A DNA stretch of 35,639 bases, taken from the NCBI GenBank assembly GCA_964454725.1, contig CAYVUD010000001.1, positions 1 through 35,639 on the forward strand, written 5' to 3'. A program made the position numbers and the translations under genes. The notes below the pieces were generated by a model. It searched no databases, was not told the DNA's origin, and saw only the letters and a program-made list of their open reading frames with translations. This stretch comes from an uncultured Lachnospiraceae bacterium. Lineage in GTDB: Bacteria; Bacillota; Clostridia; UBA1381. Within the stretch, counting starts at the first letter, position 1. Each line of letters opens with the position of its first letter. This document shows, in pieces, positions 25,632 to 34,228 of the stretch.

Positions 25632-27833
25632 CTATTCTTTTACCCTTTTAAGCTTCGCGAACGCCGCCATAAGCTGCTTATGACCTATCGAGTCAAAGTC
25701 TATTTCAAGTATCGCGTCCTTGCCAAACTGCTTCGCCGACATTACCGTACCGCGCCCGAACTTTCGGTGTTCGACTATATCGCCGACGGCAAAATCAGCC
25801 GCGTCAGCCTGCGGAATATCAGCCGGCGGTTTTCTGTAAAACTCCTTGTCGGCTCTTGCGTGGCGCGGCTCATAGCCGACGTTTCTGACGAAGGTTTCCG
25901 CGCGCGAGAGCCTCGGCGAGCGATCCTCCAAAAATTCCTCGGGAATTTCCTTAAAAAATCTCGACGGCTGCGACGGCGCGGTGCGGCCGTAAATAGTTCG
26001 CGACTGCGTTTTTGTGACGTAGAGCCTCTCTTTCGCGCGCGTAATCGCGACGTAGCATAGGCGGCGCTCCTCCTCAATGTCCTCCTCGCTGCCGATAGAG
26101 CGCATTCCCGGGAAAAGTCCCTCTTCCATTCCGGCTATGAACACAACCGGAAACTCCAGCCCCTTGGCGCTGTGAATGGTCATCATAACCGCCGCGTCCT
26201 GATCCTCGTCATACGCGTCAATTTCGGAAACAAGCGAAATATTCTCCAGAAATCCCGCGAGAGTGCCGTCGGACTCGGGAGAGCTTTCGTACTCTGTAAC
26301 CGCCGACATAAACTCGTTAAGGTTTTCTATTCTTGTCTGGTTTTCGACTGAATTATCAGCCGTGAGCATTGCCATATAGCCCGTGTCATTCATAACACGC
26401 GCGACAAGCTCCCTAAGCGGTATCGCGTCCTTGAGCTTTATGAGCGAGTTTATAAGCTCGGCAAATTCAAGAAGCTTTTTTTGCGCCGACTTTAGCTCCG
26501 GATAATTCTGCGCCTCGCTTATTACCTCAAATACGCTTTTGCGGTTCGTATCGGCAATAAGCTGCGCCTTATCCATCGTCGCCGCGCCTATCTTGCGCTT
26601 CGGCTCGTTTATTATGCGCTTTAGGCTTATATCGTCCGACGGGTTTAGTATAACGCGCAGATACGCGGTAATGTCCTTTATTTCCTTGCGGTCGTAGAAA
26701 CGAAGTCCCGCGAGTACGCGGTACGGTATCGCCTCGCGCATAAGCATTTCTTCTATCACACGCGACTGAGCGTTTGTGCGGTAAAGCACGGCGCAGTCGG
26801 CAAACGTCCCCGTTTCGTCGTAACGCTTTTTTATCTGCGAGGCGATAAACCGCCCCTCCTCGTATTCGTTCATACCGGTGTAGCACTGAATTTTATCGCC
26901 GCCGGAATTGGCTGTCCACAGGGATTTTCCCATACGTTTTTTATTGTGCGCTATAACGGCGTTCGCGGCGTCAAGAATGTTCTGCGTGGAACGGTAGTTC
27001 TGCTCGAGCATAATCTTTTTTGTGTCGGCGTAATCCTCCTCAAACGAAAGTATGTTGCCGACATTCGCGCCGCGGAACTTATATATACTCTGGTCGTCGT
27101 CGCCGACGACGCAAATGTTTTCATAAGCCTGTCCGATAAGATTTATAAGCGTATACTGGACATTGTTGGTGTCCTGATACTCGTCTACAAGTATGTAGCG
27201 GAAGCGTTCCTGATATTTCATCAGCACATCGGGGTTCGCGCTTAAAATTTTAACCGTATTTAAAATTATATCGTCAAAATCGAGCGCGTTGTTTCTTTTG
27301 AGCTTCTCCTGATAAAGCCGGTAGAGCCGCGCGATAACGCCCATACGGTAGTTGTTCCTGTAGACGTTTTCAAATGTCGCGGGGTCAAGCATATCGTTTT
27401 TGGCGCCGCTTATTATCGATAGCACATTCCGCACCGGAAACGTGCGGTCGTCAAGCTCCAGTTCCTTTAAACACTCCTTCATAAGCGTTTTGGCGTCGGC
27501 GCTGTCATAAATTACAAAGTCGCGGTTGTAGCCTAAGAGGTCAATGCACGTCCGCAGAATTTTTACACAAACCGAGTGAAACGTGCCTACCCACATATTT
27601 TTTGCCGTTTCGCCCAAAAGCGCGCCTATACGCTCCTTCATTTCGTTCGCCGCCTTATTGGTAAAGGTTATGGCGAGAATGCTGTAGGGCGAAATATTCT
27701 TTTTTTCTATCATATACGCTATTCTGTTCACGAGAACGGTAGTTTTGCCGCTTCCCGCTCCCGCAAGCACAAGAACCGGTCCCTCGGTCGCGAGTACCGC
27801 CTCTTTCTGCATATCATTCAAATTTTCCAGCAT
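25632..27833 (-). CDS. pcrA: ATP-dependent DNA helicase PcrA/UvrD (SF1)
   Basis: It has Walker A AGAGSGKTTVL, motif II ILVDEYQDTN, motif III VGDDDQSIYKFRGA, and the YRSTQNIL, VLYRTN, TIHSAKGLEF and LCYVAITRAK blocks. The protein is 733 aa. Confidence 0.95.
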   Translation of the reverse strand: MLENLNDMQKEAVLATEGPVLVLAGAGSGKTTVLVNRIAYMIEKKNISPYSILAITFTNKAANEMKERIGALLGETAKNMWVGTFHSVCVKILRTCIDLLGYNRDFVIYDSADAKTLMKECLKELELDDRTFPVRNVLSIISGAKNDMLDPATFENVYRNNYRMGVIARLYRLYQEKLKRNNALDFDDIILNTVKILSANPDVLMKYQERFRYILVDEYQDTNNVQYTLINLIGQAYENICVVGDDDQSIYKFRGANVGNILSFEEDYADTKKIMLEQNYRSTQNILDAANAVIAHNKKRMGKSLWTANSGGDKIQCYTGMNEYEEGRFIASQIKKRYDETGTFADCAVLYRTNAQSRVIEEMLMREAIPYRVLAGLRFYDRKEIKDITAYLRVILNPSDDISLKRIINEPKRKIGAATMDKAQLIADTNRKSVFEVISEAQNYPELKSAQKKLLEFAELINSLIKLKDAIPLRELVARVMNDTGYMAMLTADNSVENQTRIENLNEFMSAVTEYESSPESDGTLAGFLENISLVSEIDAYDEDQDAAVMMTIHSAKGLEFPVVFIAGMEEGLFPGMRSIGSEEDIEEERRLCYVAITRAKERLYVTKTQSRTIYGRTAPSQPSRFFKEIPEEFLEDRSPRLSRAETFVRNVGYEPRHARADKEFYRKPPADIPQADAADFAVGDIVEHRKFGRGTVMSAKQFGKDAILEIDFDSIGHKQLMAAFAKLKRVKE

Positions 27834-27994
27834 AATTTACAGTTTTTTCCTTTCCGTATTTTTTTCTTTCAAATATAAGTATATCATACTTTTCTGAAAA
27901 ATACTATGTTTTTTTACTCCAATTTTGCATTAAGTTTTTCAGTATAAACATAACGCTTTGAGGCAAGTTTAAATGTGTGAGAGGTGGTGATAAA

Positions 27995-28975
27995 ATGCTA
28001 AAAAATGTCAAAAAAGCCTCCGCCGCCGCGGTTATATTATCCGTTTCAATGCTTTATATAAGCGCGGGGGCCGAGGGGATTTCGGTCGTGCCGTCCGGCG
28101 AGGCGGTAGGCGTAAAAATCTACACCGAGGGGCTTTTGGTGGTAGGTATGTCCGACAATTCTCCCGCCGAAAAGTGCGGCGTAAGGGTAAACGACAGAAT
28201 AGAGTATGTAAACGGTTGCGAGCTTCTCACCTCCGAACAGCTTGCCGACGCCGTATGCGGCTCAGAGCCGTCGGTTACCTTAACGGTAGACAGAGACGGC
28301 AAAACTCTCGATATTGAAATATCCCCCGAAAAGGACTCCGACGGCGAAATGAAGCTGGGGCTGTGGGTTCGCGACAGCACGGCGGGTATAGGGACGCTTA
28401 CCTATTACAATCCCGAGGACAATACCTTCGCCGCGCTCGGTCACGGAATTAACGACGTCGATACCGGTAATATTTTAACCGTAAAATCGGGTAATATTCT
28501 GCCTTGTAAAATTTTATCCGTGACAAAAAGCGAAAACGGCTCTCCGGGCGAGTTAAACGGCAGCTTTGACGGCGAACCCATCGGCGAAATCCGCCTTAAC
28601 GCCGAAAACGGGATTTACGGAAAATGTCTGTCAAAATCTCGAGGCGAAGCAATTCCCGTCGCCAAATCCGATGAGGTTATGGAGGGAGAAGCTTATATTT
28701 TAGCCGACATCGACGGTAATGGCGCGCAAAAATACGACGTGGAAATCGAAAAGGTTTTAAGAAACAGCAAGTCGCGCAAAAATATGGTCGTCGTTATAAA
28801 GGATAAAAAGCTACTTTCGCTTACCGGCGGAATAGTTCAGGGAATGAGCGGCGCACCGATAATACAGAACGGCAAGCTCGCCGGAGCGCTTACTCACGTT
28901 TTCGTAAACAATTCCGACAAGGGCTACGGCACATTCGCCGAGGATATGGTTAAAAATTCAGAAGAAATCGATTAA
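27995..28975 (+). CDS. spoIVB: SpoIVB peptidase (S55, sporulation signalling protease)
   Basis: An N-terminal TM/signal segment is followed by a PDZ-like region (GVRVNDRIEYVNG) and the S55 blocks GTLTYYNPEDNTFAALGHGI and GGIVQGMSGAPIIQNGKLAGALTHVF. The start is set at the ATG at 27995 behind GAGGTGGTGA. The ORF-track GTG at 27977 has no RBS. Confidence 0.9.
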   Translation: MLKNVKKASAAAVILSVSMLYISAGAEGISVVPSGEAVGVKIYTEGLLVVGMSDNSPAEKCGVRVNDRIEYVNGCELLTSEQLADAVCGSEPSVTLTVDRDGKTLDIEISPEKDSDGEMKLGLWVRDSTAGIGTLTYYNPEDNTFAALGHGINDVDTGNILTVKSGNILPCKILSVTKSENGSPGELNGSFDGEPIGEIRLNAENGIYGKCLSKSRGEAIPVAKSDEVMEGEAYILADIDGNGAQKYDVEIEKVLRNSKSRKNMVVVIKDKKLLSLTGGIVQGMSGAPIIQNGKLAGALTHVFVNNSDKGYGTFAEDMVKNSEEID

Positions 28976-29007
28976 TTGTAAACCTATTTTATTTTAATGG
29001 TTGACAA
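28976..29007. promoter_or_regulatory. BirA (biotin repressor) operator
   Basis: TTGTAAACC (28976-28984), a 14-nt AT-rich spacer, then GGTTGACAA (28999-29007). The half-sites match the classical bioO half-sites TTGTAAACC / GGTTTACAA with one mismatch. The right half overlaps the -35 of the bioY promoter. Confidence 0.7.
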
Positions 29008-29029
29008 TCCTCTTTGAAGGGTGTATAAT
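29001..29029 (+). promoter_or_regulatory. Consensus sigma-A promoter of bioY
   Basis: TTGACA (29001-29006), a 17-nt spacer, then TATAAT (29024-29029). Confidence 0.75.
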
Positions 29030-29093
29030 ACACTTAATAAGAGGATTGTGCAATCCGCAAAGGAAGAAAATCGGGAAAGGAATGATTATAAAA

Positions 29094-29645
29094 ATGAAAA
29101 CAAAAAATCTGGCGCTCTGCGCCGTGTTCGCGGCGATAATGGCGGTTTTGGCTGTGGTAACTATTCCCATAGGTCCTGTTCCGGTAACCTTAGGGGTACT
29201 TGGAGTAATGCTTACTGCAGTTATTATAGGCCCCAAAAAAGGGACTGTATCGGTTTTGGTATACATACTTATAGGAGCAATAGGACTTCCGGTATTTTCG
29301 GGCTTTAAAGGCGGTTTCGGGGTGCTTTTGGGACCTACGGGAGGCTATATATGGTCATACATACTTATGGCGCTTTTGATAGGCGCGCTTACAGTAAAGC
29401 TTCCCGAAAACAGCAAGCTTGCTATGCTTAAAATTTTTGCCGCGTGTATTTTGGGTGTGGTTGTCTGCTACGCTGCCGGTACAGCGCAGTTTATGGCGGT
29501 GCAAAAAACGACGCTCGCGGAGTCGCTTGCGATGTGCGTAATACCGTTTATACCGTTTGACGTCGCAAAAGCGGTTATTACGGCGATAGGCGGATTTAAG
29601 CTTTCGCGGACATTAAAAAAAGCGGGACTTACAGACGTTAAATAA
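29094..29645 (+). CDS. bioY: Biotin transporter BioY (ECF-type S component)
   Basis: The protein is hydrophobic with about six TM segments and BioY family blocks (PIGPVPVTLGVLGVMLTAVIIGPKKG, GLPVFSGFKGGFGVLLGPTGGYIWSY). The start is either the ATG at 29094 (MKTKNL) or at 29082. The ORF-track start at 29001 is the promoter -35 hexamer. Confidence 0.88.
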   Translation: MKTKNLALCAVFAAIMAVLAVVTIPIGPVPVTLGVLGVMLTAVIIGPKKGTVSVLVYILIGAIGLPVFSGFKGGFGVLLGPTGGYIWSYILMALLIGALTVKLPENSKLAMLKIFAACILGVVVCYAAGTAQFMAVQKTTLAESLAMCVIPFIPFDVAKAVITAIGGFKLSRTLKKAGLTDVK

Positions 29646-29691
29646 GACTTACTTATAGTATTTTTCGTCAATACGCCCATACATTTTAACT

Positions 29692-30588
29692 TTATTTTTG
29701 CGTTTCAAATGTTATGCTGCCGCCGTCGGAACGCGCAATTATATGCCCCATTTTGTCGGTTCGGTAAATCTCGACTCCGGCGTCGGCAAGACGGCTTAAG
29801 GTTTCCTTGTGCGGGTGACCGTAGGAATTGTCCTTACCGCAGGAAATAACGGCGTATTTTGGCATAACCTCTCTTAAAAACGGATATGAGGTTGAGGTGC
29901 TGCTGCCGTGATGACCGACCTTTAAAACGTCCGCCGTAAGGTCAAAGCCCGCGTCAAGCATATCGCTTTCCGCCTCACGCTCGGCGTCGCCGGTAAAAAG
30001 GAACGACGTGTCGCCGTAGGTGACCTTGAGAACTATCGAATTGTTGTTTGTATCCTCATAGTCTTTAAGGGGCGCGAATATTTCAACACTGCTCTCGCCC
30101 AGACTGAAGCTGTCGCCGGCGGACGGTATCTCTATTTCCCTTCCCCGCTCCTCGCTGTAGCGTTTGAAATTTCTGAAAGCCTTTGAATTGTACGAATTTG
30201 TCGAGCAGAAAACTCGACCAACCTCACATTCGTGCAGCGCGCCCGAAAGACCGCCGACGTGATCCTCGTGCGCGTGTGTGCAGACAACATAATCAAGATA
30301 GTCTATATTCAAATCACGCAGATACGAAACTATAAGGTTAGAGTCCTCGGCGTTTCCGCCGTCTATAAGCATTGTTTTTCCGTCGCATATAACAAGCTCC
30401 GAATCAGCCTGCCCCACGTCTATATAATGCACCTCAAAATCACCGCTTACAACGGTGTTGCGCGCGGTACCGCTGTCCTTTTTCAGCCCGAAATTGCCGC
30501 TAAAAGCCACAAACGCAATCGCAAGCACCGCCGCGAGCGCCAAAGTATATATTTTACCGCTTGCCTTTTTCCCTGCCACAATATCCAC
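29692..30588 (-). CDS. Membrane-anchored MBL-fold metallo-hydrolase (ComEC/Rec2 C-terminal domain type)
   Basis: It has an N-terminal TM anchor, then HYIDVGQADS, the HxHxDH motif THAHEDHVGG and VGHHGSSTSTS, all typical of the beta-lactamase-like domain of ComEC. There is no competence channel domain. Confidence 0.8.
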   Translation of the reverse strand: MDIVAGKKASGKIYTLALAAVLAIAFVAFSGNFGLKKDSGTARNTVVSGDFEVHYIDVGQADSELVICDGKTMLIDGGNAEDSNLIVSYLRDLNIDYLDYVVCTHAHEDHVGGLSGALHECEVGRVFCSTNSYNSKAFRNFKRYSEERGREIEIPSAGDSFSLGESSVEIFAPLKDYEDTNNNSIVLKVTYGDTSFLFTGDAEREAESDMLDAGFDLTADVLKVGHHGSSTSTSYPFLREVMPKYAVISCGKDNSYGHPHKETLSRLADAGVEIYRTDKMGHIIARSDGGSITFETQK

Positions 30589-30604
30589 CTCCGAAATTTA
30601 TAAT

Positions 30605-32554
30605 TTACTCAGTATATTTGTTTTTCTGCTTAAGCATATAATATTCCAGATTTTGGTATCTTCTCAGATTTTCATTAATCGAGGTATTGTTTTCGCACCA
30701 TACCCCATTCTCGTCATAATGCCCCATCGCGTTTATCTGCGGAATTTCGTTTCTTATTCCGTCGAGGAAGATATTTACCTTGCTTTTTGGCAGCCCCGCC
30801 TTTTCCATAAGAATGTTTGACAGATAATTTGTGCTTGTCTTTATATCCGACTCGTCGTCAATGTCGAAATTCGCCCATATTATAAACGGTACGCGGTAAC
30901 GCGCCTGCATTTCCTCATCGGTAAGCTCGTCGAGCGATTTTCCCATAACCTCCTCAAAAAAGCCCTTTTCAACCGCCGGCTGATGGTCGCCGAACATCAG
31001 CACAATTATCGGTTCGCTGCGGAGCGAAAGGTAATATATAAGCTCCTCAAACGCCCTGTCGCTCTCCCGTATAAGACTAAGGTACTGCTCGGTTTCTTTA
31101 TACGCGTAATTGAGGTTGGTTATTTCTATTTCAGACTCAAAGTCCTTATACTGACCGCTGTAGCCGCCGTGATTTTGCATTGTGACATTAAATACAAACA
31201 TATTCTCACCGGGCTTTTTGTTCTCAAGCTGATTTATAACCGCGCTGTAGGAGGTTCTGTCGCTCATATAGCCGCGTATATACTCAAATTCATTCTCATT
31301 CTGGTAATCGCCCATATTATCCATACTTATGAAATTGTCAAAGCCCATAAGCGTATAAACCTTATCGCGGTTCCAGCCGTTGGCGTAATACGGGTGCAGC
31401 GCTATTGTTCTGTAGCCGAGCTTTTTAAAATGGTTCGGCAGCGAAAACGGATAATTCATCTGCACGTATTGCAGGTACGGCGCGCTGCCCGAGGGCAGCA
31501 GCCCCATTGACATTCCGGTCAGAAATTCAAACTCGCTGTTGCAGGTGTAGCCGCCGAACGGCGACACAAGCAGCTCGCCCTTTACGGTGTTTTTATTCAG
31601 GCTTTTGAAGAACGGCATAAATTCCTCGTTTGTTTCCAGATTGCCCAAAACGCGCAAGTCCGCGAAGCTCTCGTTCATTATAACGAGAACGTCGGGTTTT
31701 TTTTCAGCCATTGTATAATCCGTTTCCTCGGACTTAAGCTCCGCCTCAACCTCCTCCGCGCTGTAATTCTCGGGCTTCTCAAGCTTTGACGCCTTGGCGT
31801 TGAGGAAAAAGCTGAACACCACGCCGTGAGTGTTATTGGCGTGAGCCTGGTCGTAAATATCCATTTCCACGTCGGTATAATTTATCGAGGAAAACACAAG
31901 CGCAAGCACCGTAAACATAGCCGCTCCGCTGCCCGCGAAAATAAGGTTTTTAAATTTGAATTTCGGCTTAAAGGAAAACGTGCATAAAAGCGTTATAACA
32001 AGCATAAGAAGCACCGCCGAAACCACCATCGGCGAATGCCACTCAAACGTATAGCTCGACACTACATTCGCGGCTGTTCCGATTGCGAGAAAGTCGTTGG
32101 GGATAAGCGGTATTCCGCGGAGCATTCCGACAACATATGTCGCGAGATTAAAGATAAAGCACAGCAAAGAGGTTACTATTCCCGCCCATTTCATACTCCG
32201 CAATATTGTAAAAAACGCCGCCGTTATCATCAGGTAAAACAGCACGTTCATAAAGTAAATTCCCAATCCGAACTCCGGCTGACCGGAAAGGAGTATGGAA
32301 ATCTGCATATCAAAAAAGGGCGTAAGCGCGAAAATTCCAAGCGATATTGCCTTATACAGCCTTTCTGACAGCTCGAATTTAAACGCCAGAAGCGCCCATA
32401 TTCCCGCCGTCATAACGTAGGAAATAATATAATTGAAATACTCAAACCCGTCCGTGCCGTCAAAAGCAGTCCTGTTGACGCTTATAAATGTCCATATTAT
32501 AAGAGCAAGCACGCTTGCAAGCATAATTCTTTTCTTGTTCCCAAAATGTATCAT
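30605..32554 (-). CDS. LTA synthase / sulfatase-family membrane phosphotransferase (LtaS/MdoB-like)
   Basis: A polytopic N-terminal membrane domain of about 260 aa is followed by an extracellular alkaline-phosphatase-superfamily domain (VLVIMNESFADL, HPYYANGWNRDKVY, VTMQNHGGY, FGDHQP). The RBS is AGAGGA. Confidence 0.8.
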   Translation of the reverse strand: MIHFGNKKRIMLASVLALIIWTFISVNRTAFDGTDGFEYFNYIISYVMTAGIWALLAFKFELSERLYKAISLGIFALTPFFDMQISILLSGQPEFGLGIYFMNVLFYLMITAAFFTILRSMKWAGIVTSLLCFIFNLATYVVGMLRGIPLIPNDFLAIGTAANVVSSYTFEWHSPMVVSAVLLMLVITLLCTFSFKPKFKFKNLIFAGSGAAMFTVLALVFSSINYTDVEMDIYDQAHANNTHGVVFSFFLNAKASKLEKPENYSAEEVEAELKSEETDYTMAEKKPDVLVIMNESFADLRVLGNLETNEEFMPFFKSLNKNTVKGELLVSPFGGYTCNSEFEFLTGMSMGLLPSGSAPYLQYVQMNYPFSLPNHFKKLGYRTIALHPYYANGWNRDKVYTLMGFDNFISMDNMGDYQNENEFEYIRGYMSDRTSYSAVINQLENKKPGENMFVFNVTMQNHGGYSGQYKDFESEIEITNLNYAYKETEQYLSLIRESDRAFEELIYYLSLRSEPIIVLMFGDHQPAVEKGFFEEVMGKSLDELTDEEMQARYRVPFIIWANFDIDDESDIKTSTNYLSNILMEKAGLPKSKVNIFLDGIRNEIPQINAMGHYDENGVWCENNTSINENLRRYQNLEYYMLKQKNKYTE

Positions 32555-32586
32555 TCAAATTCCTCTTTATCGTTTATTTAATATCT

Positions 32587-32615
32587 ATTTTAACATAATA
32601 GTTAAAAATATTCAA
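32587..32615 (-). promoter_or_regulatory. Candidate sigma-A promoter of the LtaS-like/MBL operon
   Basis: The minus strand reads TTGAAT (32615-32610), a 17-nt spacer, then TGtTAAAAT (hexamer 32592-32587). Confidence 0.55.
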
Positions 32616-32729
32616 GTAGCAAATGGGGCTGTAAATAAAGGCACAGACCGTTTAACGGCATCTATACGCAAATAAAATACTGAATTTAAAATAAAAACAG
32701 GATTTTATTTAATATAATACCTTTAAACT

Positions 32730-32817
32730 ACGAACGAAACTCACCCTCGACGTACCAATGTACGCCGTCGGGCAAGGTATAATGCGAAAAATCCGCATTA
32801 TACTTCGTTTCGTCCGT
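32730..32817. other. Compact three-helix junction (candidate structured RNA or DNA element), class unknown, strand unresolved
   Basis: P1 pairs 32730-32740 with 32807-32817 (10 of 11 bp). The first hairpin spans 32744-32772 (CCC/GGG plus a 4-5 bp segment on each side of a small bulge or internal loop, with a CAAT loop). The second hairpin is GTATAATGCG (32777-32786) / CGCATTATAC (32794-32803), a perfect 10-bp stem with a 7-nt loop. The junction strands are only 3-4 nt. Confidence 0.4.
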
Positions 32818-32842
32818 TCTGCACTCTTTCTTTACAGCCCCT

Positions 32843-33361
32843 TTACTTATCCTCGTCGCGCACAAGAAACCCCTTTTTATCAAGCTCGTTCTCTATAAGG
32901 TCAAGAGTGTGATTATCCTTTGCGCTAACGGTGTGGTAATGGTATTCCGAGGTTACTTTTTTAAGCGGACTTGACCGTCCCGTTTTAAGGCTTTCAAGAT
33001 ATTCCGCTACGTTGCGCCTTGTTCCTATGCCAAGCTCGGCTTCTATTTTTCCGTAAATTCTGTGCCAGACGAACACATTTTCTATATATCCGCCCAAATC
33101 GACTATGGAAGCAAGCTCATCTCCTATTTCGTCGTCCGTATGAACCACCTTGAAAACCCTCGAAACACGTTCGGGAGCGTTCAATACATAGCCCTTATTC
33201 GTTGAAAGAATGTCAAAGCCCGCCGCTTTTAAAAGAGCTATATCGTGAACTATAACCTGCCTCGAAACCCCGACCTTCCCCGAAAGCGTGTTCCCTGAAA
33301 GCGGTTCTCGCGAATTTTTTATTAAATCTATTAATTCCTCGCGTCTTTGCGCGCCGTTCAT
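32843..33361 (-). CDS. niaR: NAD-biosynthesis transcriptional repressor NiaR (YrxA; HTH_11 plus 3H domain)
   Basis: It has an N-terminal HTH (LSGNTLSGKVGVSRQVIVHDIALLKAAGFDI) followed by a 3H-type domain with conserved His residues (VVHTDDE, FVWHRIYG, EYHYHTV). It is the last gene of the nadB-nadC cluster. Confidence 0.88.
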   Translation of the reverse strand: MNGAQRREELIDLIKNSREPLSGNTLSGKVGVSRQVIVHDIALLKAAGFDILSTNKGYVLNAPERVSRVFKVVHTDDEIGDELASIVDLGGYIENVFVWHRIYGKIEAELGIGTRRNVAEYLESLKTGRSSPLKKVTSEYHYHTVSAKDNHTLDLIENELDKKGFLVRDEDK

Positions 33362-33376
33362 TTAATCATCTCCCAA

Positions 33377-34228
33377 TCAAACCGCGTGAAGATTTTTCAG
33401 CGATAAGTCCATTATGGGCGCGGAATGAGTAAGCGCGCCGCTCGAAATATAATCTACTCCTATATCGACAAGCTTTTCGATGTTCTCCTTAGTGACGTTT
33501 CCGCTGCACTCCGTTTGGGCTCTTCCCGCCGTTATTTTAACCGCCTCGCGCATATCCTCAACACTCATATTGTCAAGCATTACAATATCCGCGCCCGCGT
33601 CGAGAGCCTCGCGGAGCATATCCAGATTTTCAACCTCGACCTCAATTTTGCGTACAAACGGCGCGTATTCCTTCGCCATCGCTACCGCTTCCCTGACGCC
33701 GCCCGCCGCGCCGATATGGTTGTCCTTTAAAAGAATACCGTCGCTTAAGTTATAGCGGTGGTTACAGCCGCCGCCGACCTTTACGGCGTATTTCTCGAAT
33801 ACGCGCATATTAGGCGTTGTTTTTCTTGTATCCAGAAGCTTCGTTTTACTGTCCCCCAGCAAATCAACAACCGAGCGCGTATACGTAGCAATTCCGCTCA
33901 TACGCTGAAGGTAATTAAGAGCCGTGCGCTCGCCCGAGAGCAGCGCGCGTATATCGCCTCTTACCGTACCTATCAATTCGCCGTTTTTAACCGCGTCGCC
34001 GTCTTTGCGGTTCATCTTAAACTCAACCGTATCGTCGAGAAGCTCGAACACCCGTTTAAAGACGTCAATTCCCGCAAGTATACCGTCCTGCTTGCATATA
34101 AGCTCAACCTCGCCCTTCCGGTAAACGGGCATTACCGAGTTTGTCGTTATGTCCTCGCTTGTTATATCCTCCCTGAGAGCCGATTTTATCAGCTCGTCCG
34201 CGTTAAGCCTCATTGTTATCCGGTTCAT
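33377..34228 (-). CDS. nadC: Nicotinate-nucleotide pyrophosphorylase [carboxylating] (quinolinate phosphoribosyltransferase)
   Basis: It has NadC blocks (EDITSEDITTNS, GERTALNYLQRMSGIAT, LDTRKTTPN, AVKVGGGCNHRYNLSD, IEVEVENL, DIVMLDNM). An AAAGGAG RBS lies 8 nt before the ATG at 34228. It overlaps the nadB 3' end by 26 nt. Confidence 0.93.
   Translation of the reverse strand: MNRITMRLNADELIKSALREDITSEDITTNSVMPVYRKGEVELICKQDGILAGIDVFKRVFELLDDTVEFKMNRKDGDAVKNGELIGTVRGDIRALLSGERTALNYLQRMSGIATYTRSVVDLLGDSKTKLLDTRKTTPNMRVFEKYAVKVGGGCNHRYNLSDGILLKDNHIGAAGGVREAVAMAKEYAPFVRKIEVEVENLDMLREALDAGADIVMLDNMSVEDMREAVKITAGRAQTECSGNVTKENIEKLVDIGVDYISSGALTHSAPIMDLSLKNLHAV

Noticed and set aside
32730-32817. 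The three-way junction might be a purine riboswitch or a hammerhead ribozyme.
   Set aside because: The junction strands are 3-4 nt, whereas purine aptamers have about 8 nt in J2-3 and conserved loop-loop residues. The TATAAT is base-paired inside a stem. The CUGAUGA core required for a hammerhead is absent on both strands. The position, in a 3' region and upstream of the next promoter, is also wrong for a riboswitch.
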